Origin: a virus
Lineage: Duplodnaviria > Caudoviricetes
IMG/VR virus record: IMGVR_UViG_3300020044_004040
Location: 1 to 40,348 of that record
Strand: one strand, 5' to 3'
DNA: 40,348 nucleotides
In this document: piece after piece, positions 1 to 5,445 of the stretch
Layout of the letters: each line of letters begins with the position of its first letter
How positions within the stretch are numbered: the stretch's first letter is position 1
The notes under the pieces: generated by a model
What the model was told of the DNA's origin: nothing
Databases searched by the model: none
What the model saw: the letters and a program-made list of their open reading frames with translations, nothing else
Translations under genes and position numbers: made by a program

Positions 1-36
1 TTCAACACGGGGGGTTGCGGTTGGGTTGCGGTTTCT

Positions 37-85
37 TGGCCTGTGGATAACCCCCTGTGGACAACTTTGCTGGCCTGTGGATAAC
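37..85 (-). promoter_or_regulatory. Cluster of three co-oriented DnaA boxes
   Basis: TGTGGATAA at 42-50 and 76-84 (= TTATCCACA) and TGTGGACAA at 56-64 (= TTGTCCACA, Streptomyces-type box); 15-bp direct repeat TGGCCTGTGGATAAC at 37-51 and 71-85. Confidence 0.7.
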
Positions 86-221
86 TGTTTGCCGTAGAAA
101 ACGGTGAAGGGCGCACTCACCCCCCGGCATCCCTAACCCTCTCTCGATCCTGGCAGGGCTGAGCCGGAGATCTATACCCGCCGCACTGGTTTACATAATT
201 AAAAAATACGGCGATTGATAA

Positions 222-291
222 TTACCGGTAAGTAAGTTACCCGCTAGTAAGTTACCGGGGCGACCTGGCTAGTAACTTACCGGACAGTAAC
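222..291. repeat. Iterated palindromic TTAC-N6-GTAA sites (iteron/operator array)
   Basis: TTACcggtaaGTAA 222-235, TTACccgctaGTAA 237-250, half site TTAC 252-255, degenerate copy 262-275, TTACcggacaGTAA 277-290; paired copies have a 15-bp period. Confidence 0.75.
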
Positions 292-309
292 CTTGTCGCC
301 CTAAGATAG

Positions 310-321
310 TTGAAAGTTCAA
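310..321. promoter_or_regulatory. Palindromic operator-like site TTGAA-AG-TTCAA
   Basis: Perfect 5-2-5 inverted repeat upstream of the first promoter. Confidence 0.35.
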
Positions 322-392
322 TCACTTTTAATTGTCGACATATCGCTATTTAATTCACAGGAAATCGTTATCTAATCGTTATCAAAATATCC

Positions 393-420
393 TTGATCGC
401 CTGTCGCTTTCGGGTATTCT
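393..420 (+). promoter_or_regulatory. Putative sigma-A-type early promoter
   Basis: TTGATC (393-398), 16-nt spacer, TATTCT (415-420), upstream of the first + strand gene. Confidence 0.45.
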
Positions 421-488
421 CCTCCTCATAAGCAGGACAGTCCGGCTTATACCCCCCGCCAGGCGGGGGCCGACAGGAAGGCGAAAAG

Positions 489-746
489 ATGAATATCAAC
501 CTCTCTTTCGAGGAGATCGAGATCGTGCGACAGGCTCTCGACTCAGCTCGAGCAAGCGCAAGAGTAAAGCGCGACGAGTTACTAGATGCCCCGGAGGTCC
601 GCCAGGGCGTCGAAAGCGACGAGCTGATATTGGCAGGGCAGAAATACCGCGCAATCGGCGCGACACTCGCCAAGGTCGAGGAGGAGGTAGGAAAGCACTA
701 CTCAACTGAAATGCTGATCCACTGGCGACGCGCCTGCATCGCGTAA
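489..746 (+). CDS. Hypothetical early protein
   Basis: 85 aa, ATG with GGAAGG RBS, helical composition, followed by hairpins. Confidence 0.75.
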   Translation: MNINLSFEEIEIVRQALDSARASARVKRDELLDAPEVRQGVESDELILAGQKYRAIGATLAKVEEEVGKHYSTEMLIHWRRACIA

Positions 747-753
747 CCGATCC

Positions 754-824
754 GCCTCGACCCTAGGAGGGCGCCCGGGATCACGACCCGGCGAGGCACA
801 AGGTAGGCCGTAGATCACGGCCAC
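754..824 (+). other. Intergenic RNA structure: tRNA-like minihelix plus hairpin
   Basis: GCCTCG 754-759 pairs with CGAGGC 792-797 followed by ACAA; CCGGG-7nt loop-CCCGG arm 775-791; CCCT/AGGG arm; second hairpin GGCCGT/ACGGCC within 802-824. Confidence 0.5.
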
Positions 825-843
825 CGATCAAGGGAGGCAAGAG

Positions 844-987
844 ATGTGCGGAATATGCGACAAGAGGGTGGCAAGGGCCACCGCGATCACCTATCGGGTG
901 AGAGTCAGCGGATCTAAGGGATATGCACACCCTGAGTGTTGGGAATCGATCTCAACCGATACAAGAGTGATCAGGGAGGGCGAATAA
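844..987 (+). CDS. Small CxxC...HxxC putative zinc-binding protein (47 aa)
   Basis: MCGICDKR...HPECWES; RBS GGGAGG; stop abuts next ATG; below ORF-track cutoff. Confidence 0.7.
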   Translation: MCGICDKRVARATAITYRVRVSGSKGYAHPECWESISTDTRVIREGE

Positions 988-1182
988 ATGGTGGTCGCTG
1001 AGATCAAGATCAAGAGTTGCGCCCCTTATGCTAAGGGCTGGCAGGTAAACGCCTTTATCGATGGCGTGGAAAGCGAGATGACCTTCTACGGATACACCCG
1101 AAAGGATGCTGAGATCGAGGCCCGTCGCCGGATCGCAAGAGATGGTCGCCTGCCTCACGATCCTTACAAGGGGGGCAATTAG
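988..1182 (+). CDS. Hypothetical protein (GYT-x-K-D/E-A family)
   Basis: 64 aa, RBS GGAGGG; shares motif with 2280..2414. Confidence 0.75.
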   Translation: MVVAEIKIKSCAPYAKGWQVNAFIDGVESEMTFYGYTRKDAEIEARRRIARDGRLPHDPYKGGN

Positions 1183-1302
1183 ATGCCAAAGTGTCCGAAA
1201 TGCGAGAGCGAGATGCACATAAATACCGTGATCGTACTAGGTGGCAAGAATAAGCACTATCAAGAGTGTGGATCGTGTAATTACAGATCGGAGGCAAAGT
1301 GA
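1183..1302 (+). CDS. Small zinc-ribbon protein (39 aa)
   Basis: MPKCPKCESEM...ECGSCNYR; coupled start and stop. Confidence 0.75.
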   Translation: MPKCPKCESEMHINTVIVLGGKNKHYQECGSCNYRSEAK

Positions 1303-1439
1303 TGGATCACTGTGGAGGCGTAATGACGCAAGAGAGAGCGACCCAATATCGGGAAACCCGCTATGAGTGCGGGTCGTGTCGGTACTTGATCGCGGTTGAT
1401 GATCACGGCAACATTGAGTTACTGAGAGAGGGCAGGTAG
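1302..1439 (+). CDS. Small zinc-ribbon-like protein (45 aa)
   Basis: MDHCGGVM...YECGSCRY; TGATG coupling, RBS GGAGG. Confidence 0.7.
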   Translation: MDHCGGVMTQERATQYRETRYECGSCRYLIAVDDHGNIELLREGR

Positions 1440-1541
1440 ATGCGAAAGCGAGAGTATTGGCAGATCGAGGCGATCCTTATCGGGATCGTACTGTTAGGCA
1501 TAGTCGGGCTATGGATCACAAGAGGCACACCGGACTATTAA
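1440..1541 (+). CDS. Small single-pass membrane peptide (33 aa)
   Basis: MRKREYWQIEAILIGIVLLGIVGLWITRGTPDY; RBS GAGGG. Confidence 0.65.
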   Translation: MRKREYWQIEAILIGIVLLGIVGLWITRGTPDY

Positions 1542-1549
1542 CAGGCGTG

Positions 1550-1626
1550 GAGATTCCCTATCGGTGAGCGTGAGCCGCATTAAGCGATTTACGCTCACTG
1601 GTAGAGGATAGCTAGGCGGTTATCCT
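1550..1626 (+). repeat. Conserved structured intergenic element, copy 1
   Basis: GAGATTCCCTATC - long hairpin - GGTAGAGGATAGCTA - GGTTATCCT; same flanks as 2419-2481. Confidence 0.8.
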
Positions 1627-1659
1627 TTCAATACCTAGGCAAGAGAAAGAGGGCAAGAG

Positions 1660-2280
1660 ATGCAACACAAGAGAACACAAGAGATCGCGGGCACCTATTT
1701 ACAGGGCTACACCGTACCGATCACCCGCCGACAGATCTCCGCCGTGTTCGGTGATCCAACCGAATACGAGGAAGGCGAGAAAGTATCTATTGAGTGGGGG
1801 ATCCTATTCGATGACGGCACCCTGGCAACTGTTTACGATTGGAAACGATACGAACTAGGCACGCCGGGGCTTGATGAGGAGATGATCTACAATATCGGAG
1901 GCCTCACCCCGGAGGCGGTGGCAAGGGTCGCGGATGCCTTGAAAGGGGCAGACAAGGCACCGATCACCCGCTCTTTATTTATTGAGGGGCGCGAGTGGTT
2001 CGACAAGGTAAACGGAAACTCTTATTTTAGCGCCCGAATATGGGTCGACGGTGGACAGGTGGCGATCCTACCTTTCCAATATGGTTACGGAGATCAATAT
2101 CTGTACGAGGCACAAAATAAGTTGATTGAGTTAGGCTACCTGCCACAAGAGAGCAAGAACCAAAGCCTGTATACAGTGGCGAGAGAAACCGGCATCGATC
2201 TTTATGCCGTCAAGAGCAACACAAAGAAGGCGGATATGTTTAAGATCTATGAGAGCTACAAAGAAAGGGCGGTGGCGTAA
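1660..2280 (+). CDS. Hypothetical protein, apparent two-domain fusion
   Basis: 206 aa, strong RBS; N-half LQGY..FGDP..EW..ATVYDWK, C-half EWFDKVNGNSYFS..FQYGYG. Confidence 0.85.
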   Translation: MQHKRTQEIAGTYLQGYTVPITRRQISAVFGDPTEYEEGEKVSIEWGILFDDGTLATVYDWKRYELGTPGLDEEMIYNIGGLTPEAVARVADALKGADKAPITRSLFIEGREWFDKVNGNSYFSARIWVDGGQVAILPFQYGYGDQYLYEAQNKLIELGYLPQESKNQSLYTVARETGIDLYAVKSNTKKADMFKIYESYKERAVA

Positions 2281-2414
2281 TGACGATCACAAGGCACCCC
2301 GCAGGGGTTGAGATCTCCGACATAATCGGGGGCTATCGAGTGAGTGAGCTATATATTGGATACACGATCAAAGAGGCGAGAGAGAGATTTCGGGATAAAT
2401 ACCTGATTAAATAG
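2280..2414 (+). CDS. Hypothetical protein (44 aa), paralog-like to 988..1182
   Basis: TAATG coupling; YIGYTIKEAR vs FYGYTRKDAE. Confidence 0.7.
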   Translation: MTITRHPAGVEISDIIGGYRVSELYIGYTIKEARERFRDKYLIK

Positions 2415-2418
2415 GCTA

Positions 2419-2481
2419 GAGATTCCCTATCTTGTAGGGTAGAGTACCCCTGCAAGGTAGAGGATAGCTAACCGGCTACCT
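2419..2481 (+). repeat. Conserved structured intergenic element, copy 2
   Basis: GAGATTCCCTATC - TTGTAGGG/CCCTGCAA hairpin - GGTAGAGGATAGCTA - GGCTACCT. Confidence 0.8.
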
Positions 2482-2511
2482 AATAGATGAATAAGAGAGA
2501 GAGGGCGAGTG

Positions 2512-2673
2512 ATGGATTTACGATTAAGTGAGAGGGAGCTATACGATCTCCTAGGTGCTGTCGAATTGGATTCGGTAGGTAAATGGGGCGATGATCGGAG
2601 CTTACGCCTTGATAAATTAGAGTCAAAGTTAAAGAGAGCAATATCAACCGCAAAGAGAGAGGGAAAGTTATGA
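2512..2673 (+). CDS. Hypothetical protein (53 aa)
   Basis: MDLRLSERELYDLL...; RBS GAGAGGG; ATGA coupling downstream. Confidence 0.7.
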   Translation: MDLRLSERELYDLLGAVELDSVGKWGDDRSLRLDKLESKLKRAISTAKREGKL

Positions 2674-2813
2674 GCTACACAATAGAGGCCACCGGCCTCG
2701 ATGGATGGATGGCCTACCGCTACCAATACAAGATCGGGGCGAGTGAGTGCTTTGGATATGCGGAGAGCGAGAGCGAGGCTCTGGCGATCATAGAGAAAGT
2801 GAGCAAGTTATGA
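2670..2813 (+). CDS. Hypothetical protein (47 aa)
   Basis: MSYTIEATGLDGW...; ATGA overlaps at both ends. Confidence 0.65.
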   Translation: MSYTIEATGLDGWMAYRYQYKIGASECFGYAESESEALAIIEKVSKL

Positions 2814-2947
2814 GCGTTAAGGTGGAGAAGGTAGAGTGTTCAAGGTGCGGGGCTAAGGTGAATCCCTTCACCCTAGTTACTGTCAGCTATCACGAAGATA
2901 TATGTAGAGGGTGCGCAAGCGATATAACAGGGAGGAAATGGAGATGA
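2810..2947 (+). CDS. Small zinc-finger protein (45 aa)
   Basis: CSRC...CRGC; start reassigned from 2747 to the coupled ATG at 2810. Confidence 0.7.
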   Translation: MSVKVEKVECSRCGAKVNPFTLVTVSYHEDICRGCASDITGRKWR

Positions 2948-3084
2948 GTGCAATCGTAAACCCGGTGATCGCGGGAGTCTGCAAGAATTGCGGGGAATCT
3001 ACTCGCGGTTACTATGTAGCGTTAAAAAATGGTAAGTACTCACATATATTTAATTGTAAGAAAGAGGGAGAGGGTGAGCGATGA
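2944..3084 (+). CDS. Small CxxC...H/C protein (46 aa)
   Basis: CKNC...HIFNC; RBS GGGAGG; ATGA coupling. Confidence 0.65.
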   Translation: MSAIVNPVIAGVCKNCGESTRGYYVALKNGKYSHIFNCKKEGEGER

Positions 3085-3137
3085 CTATATGCGGAGATCA
3101 CCTAGTACCGATCAGAGAGTGCGGGTGCAAGATATGA
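3081..3137 (+). CDS. 18-aa Cys/His micropeptide
   Basis: MTICGDHLVPIRECGCKI; strong RBS; ATGA overlap at both ends. Confidence 0.5.
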   Translation: MTICGDHLVPIRECGCKI

Positions 3138-3268
3138 ACGATTGCTTACAATTAGAAGAGGGAGTCATCCCTTGCCTACGTCATCACGGCGGAGCTTGGG
3201 CAGGGTGCAAACTGATTTATTGCCTAGATTGCGGTAAAGATATTAAGAGAGATTGTGAGGATAAGTAG
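3134..3268 (+). CDS. Small Cys-rich protein (44 aa)
   Basis: CLRH...CKLIYCLDC; start reassigned from 3029 to the coupled ATG at 3134. Confidence 0.6.
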   Translation: MNDCLQLEEGVIPCLRHHGGAWAGCKLIYCLDCGKDIKRDCEDK

Positions 3269-3445
3269 ATGAGTATGAGGGAAACTATGGATCAAGAGCT
3301 GGCGGAAGCGCTGGCTATGCTAGAGAAGGCGAACGGTGCGCTTGCGCGTATCTTTGGGATAGAGGAAGAGGGAGATGACGGATCAGGCGTGTGTGATATG
3401 TGCGCTGGTTGCCCTAATTGTGTGGAAGAGGGAGAGAGCGAGTGA
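3269..3445 (+). CDS. Small acidic protein with C-terminal CxxCxxCxxC (58 aa)
   Basis: ...VCDMCAGCPNCVEE; abuts both neighbours. Confidence 0.65.
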   Translation: MSMRETMDQELAEALAMLEKANGALARIFGIEEEGDDGSGVCDMCAGCPNCVEEGESE

Positions 3446-3558
3446 GCTATAACTGTGCTTGGTGCGGAGATTTAAGTGATGAAGTGTTGGAAATAATTAA
3501 CGGACAAAATACCTGCAAACTATGCAGGGAGTTAGCGATAGAAGGAGAGGGAGAGTAA
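3442..3558 (+). CDS. Small zinc-finger protein (38 aa)
   Basis: CAWC...CKLC; GTGA coupling. Confidence 0.65.
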   Translation: MSYNCAWCGDLSDEVLEIINGQNTCKLCRELAIEGEGE

Positions 3559-3692
3559 TGGAGTACGAATATGCAGGAGTGTATGACTGTGGCAAGTGCA
3601 AGGCGAAAGATGTGCAAGTGATCGAGTATTACGTGGGCGGGTTTGAGTGTTTCTCCTGCGCCGGTATTGGGCAAGAGGGAGAGAGTAAATGA
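3558..3692 (+). CDS. Small zinc-ribbon protein (44 aa)
   Basis: CGKC...CFSC; TAATG coupling, RBS GAGGGAG. Confidence 0.7.
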   Translation: MEYEYAGVYDCGKCKAKDVQVIEYYVGGFECFSCAGIGQEGESK

Positions 3693-3943
3693 GCTTTCAC
3701 CCTACACACGAAGCCCTCTTTATATTCTATGAAGTGATAGATAGCGATGGAGTGACCACCTTTGAGGGGGATAAGGCAGGTGAGGCGGTGCAGGCGTTCA
3801 AGGATGCGCCTGCTGGTGCTCGCTTGCTCGTATCTGGCTGGCAGACTGACGACACAGAGCTTACCATTGACGCTCAGATGATAGGGCAGCCGTTAGATGT
3901 AACCGCCCTAGTCGGTGCGGTGAGAGGGGGCTGGGTATGGTAA
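3689..3943 (+). CDS. Hypothetical protein
   Basis: 84 aa, RBS GAGGGAG, ATGA coupling. Confidence 0.75.
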   Translation: MSFHPTHEALFIFYEVIDSDGVTTFEGDKAGEAVQAFKDAPAGARLLVSGWQTDDTELTIDAQMIGQPLDVTALVGAVRGGWVW

Positions 3944-4083
3944 CAGAAGGCTACGCCTATCTGAACGGTACTGATCCTGAGTTCTGGATAGATGAAGATA
4001 TCATCGAGTGTAACGAGTGCGGGGTGGAGTTCGACTACCTGAAGTGGCGATCCTACACCTGCCCTGAATGTGAGTGGAAATAA
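3937..4083 (+). CDS. Small zinc-ribbon protein (48 aa)
   Basis: CNEC...CPEC; RBS GAGGGGG. Confidence 0.7.
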   Translation: MVTEGYAYLNGTDPEFWIDEDIIECNECGVEFDYLKWRSYTCPECEWK

Positions 4084-4151
4084 TGGAATGGTTATTCTTT
4101 ACACTTATTGCGGTATGCTTTGCCGTCTGGATGGAAAGGAATAAATGGTGA
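4083..4151 (+). CDS. 22-aa membrane micropeptide
   Basis: MEWLFFTLIAVCFAVWMERNKW; TAATG coupling. Confidence 0.5.
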   Translation: MEWLFFTLIAVCFAVWMERNKW

Positions 4152-4447
4152 GCGAAAGTAACGAGGCTGGACTTAGCCAAGCGATTCACTACCGTAACTA
4201 TAGAAGGGCCAGAGATAGGGCGAGGACTCGTATAGCTCAACAGTACCCTGAGCTTTACCTAGAATATCTACAAGAGGAGAGAGCAAACGATGAAACTACC
4301 GGTAAAACTTGGGTTGATATTGATCGTAACAGTGGTAGTGCTATCACTATTGAATCATACAAAGACGCTATCGAAGGTAGTACCTATACCGATCCCGATA
4401 ATGACGGAGCGGACGAAGGCAACAATGGAGGAGAAGAGAGAAAATGA
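4145..4447 (+). CDS. Hypothetical protein with Arg-rich helix
   Basis: YRNYRRARDRARTRIAQQYP; RBS GAAAGGA; 3' half overlaps the next gene. Confidence 0.6.
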   Translation: MVSESNEAGLSQAIHYRNYRRARDRARTRIAQQYPELYLEYLQEERANDETTGKTWVDIDRNSGSAITIESYKDAIEGSTYTDPDNDGADEGNNGGEERK

Positions 4448-4730
4448 GAGAATCGTTAGAGAATATAGTCGCGCTCTCGGATATTCGAGAAAGGAAGTTG
4501 CGTGCCTTGTCACCCTATGGACCCGTGAGAGCAGGCTTGACCACTTGGCCCGACCACGCGACTCCAAAGGACGACCCATTAGTTCAGCTTTTGGAATTGC
4601 TCAACTCCTTAGAGAGAGCAGTGGAGAACCTGAACTACAAGTCCTTCACGGCCTACGATACATTGGCCACCGCTACGGAGAATCTGCGTGCCGTGCTCTA
4701 CGACACAGTGATAGGAGAGGGTGGTACTAA
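4290..4730 (+). CDS. Secreted or membrane-anchored lytic transglycosylase-like (SLT/lysozyme-fold) protein
   Basis: N-terminal hydrophobic helix; CLxxLWxRES (catalytic Glu), SSAFGIAQ, GLRYIxxRYG, C-terminal GWY. Confidence 0.8.
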   Translation: MKLPVKLGLILIVTVVVLSLLNHTKTLSKVVPIPIPIMTERTKATMEEKRENERIVREYSRALGYSRKEVACLVTLWTRESRLDHLARPRDSKGRPISSAFGIAQLLRESSGEPELQVLHGLRYIGHRYGESACRALRHSDRRGWY

Positions 4731-5191
4731 TGACTGAGGGATTCTATAAGACAGATACTTTCAAGACATCTAATGATGACACTTGGACAACCCCGCTTGA
4801 CTTCTTTAAGAAGCTAGACAGGGAGTTTAACTTCACCCTGGATGCAGCTGCATTAGCAAGCTCAACCCTGGTGCCTGATAACTGGTTTGGTCCTGATCAC
4901 CCTGAAGAATCAAGGCGTGATGCACTGGTCAATAGGTGGACTACTGACGGCGCAGTCTGGCTCAACCCGCCTTATGGTAGAACCATTAAGGATTGGGTAG
5001 CTAAGGCCGACAGTGAGGCAAAGGCTGGAGCAACAGTGGTATGCCTAGTACCGTCACGCACAGATACAAACTGGTGGTGGGATAGTTGTATTCACCACGA
5101 GGTAAGGTTCATTAAAGGTAGGCTGAAGTTTGGTGATCAAAAGAACGCCGCACCATTTCCGTCAGCCGTTATAGTTATGAAGGGAAAGTAA
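4730..5191 (+). CDS. Phage DNA N6-adenine methyltransferase (Dam-phage family)
   Basis: W-x-TP, LDAAA, WLNPPY, PSRTDTxWW, GRLKF, APFPS motifs; TAATG-coupled start at 4730. Confidence 0.9.
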   Translation: MTEGFYKTDTFKTSNDDTWTTPLDFFKKLDREFNFTLDAAALASSTLVPDNWFGPDHPEESRRDALVNRWTTDGAVWLNPPYGRTIKDWVAKADSEAKAGATVVCLVPSRTDTNWWWDSCIHHEVRFIKGRLKFGDQKNAAPFPSAVIVMKGK

Positions 5192-5376
5192 TGCTTAGAA
5201 TATGGTTAAAGATAGGTATATTGGCAGGATGGGTGAGCGAGCCATACTGCGCTACACACGATGGTAATTACGATTATATGACTGAAGAAGAACAGGAAGA
5301 ATGGGATGATGGAAACGACCCCTGCCACGTGGCCGTGTCTATCTTGATTAAAAACCCATATCAAGGTATAGTTTGA
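5191..5376 (+). CDS. Hypothetical protein
   Basis: 61 aa, GWVSxPYCATHDG...DPC; coupled start. Confidence 0.7.
   Translation: MLRIWLKIGILAGWVSEPYCATHDGNYDYMTEEEQEEWDDGNDPCHVAVSILIKNPYQGIV
5344..5372 (+). promoter_or_regulatory. Sigma-A-type promoter with no downstream ORF
   Basis: TTGATT (5344-5349), 17-nt spacer, TATAGT (5367-5372). Confidence 0.55.
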
Positions 5377-5445
5377 CTTGCCCTCCTAAGTAGCAAAGCC
5401 CTCGCAGGCCTTTACCTCTTTCTCCTGCGGGGGCTATTACTTTTT
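5376..5445 (+). ncRNA. Candidate anti-Shine-Dalgarno small RNA
   Basis: Promoter upstream, terminator hairpin downstream; ACTTGCCCTCCT and loop CCTCTTTCTC are complementary to early-gene RBS motifs. Confidence 0.45.
5397..5445 (+). terminator. Intrinsic terminator between the convergent modules
   Basis: AGCCCTCGCAGG (5397-5408) pairs with CCTGCGGGGGCT (5424-5435), then ATTACTTTTT. Confidence 0.65.

Noticed and set aside
9-33. G-rich tandem GGGTTGCGGTT x2 as a G-quadruplex or telomere-like repeat
   Set aside because: Only two copies, insufficient G3 tracts, at the window edge
222-291. CRISPR array
   Set aside because: 15-bp units with no unique spacers; no cas operon; the Cas4-like gene is a solo phage exonuclease
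332-709. 125-aa ORF and antisense ORFs 368..673 and 496..705
   Set aside because: No RBS, Arg-rich shadow composition, cross the promoter; 489..746 explains the region
754-801. True tRNA gene
   Set aside because: Only about 48 nt, no anticodon arm, no TTC in the T-loop; kept only as a tRNA-like structure
4444-4737. 97-aa ORF
   Set aside because: Alternative frame almost entirely inside the well-supported transglycosylase gene
5340-5390. AGGAGGGCAAG on the minus strand as the RBS of a gene
   Set aside because: No usable ORF follows (ATG GGT TTT TAA), which favours the antisense-RNA reading
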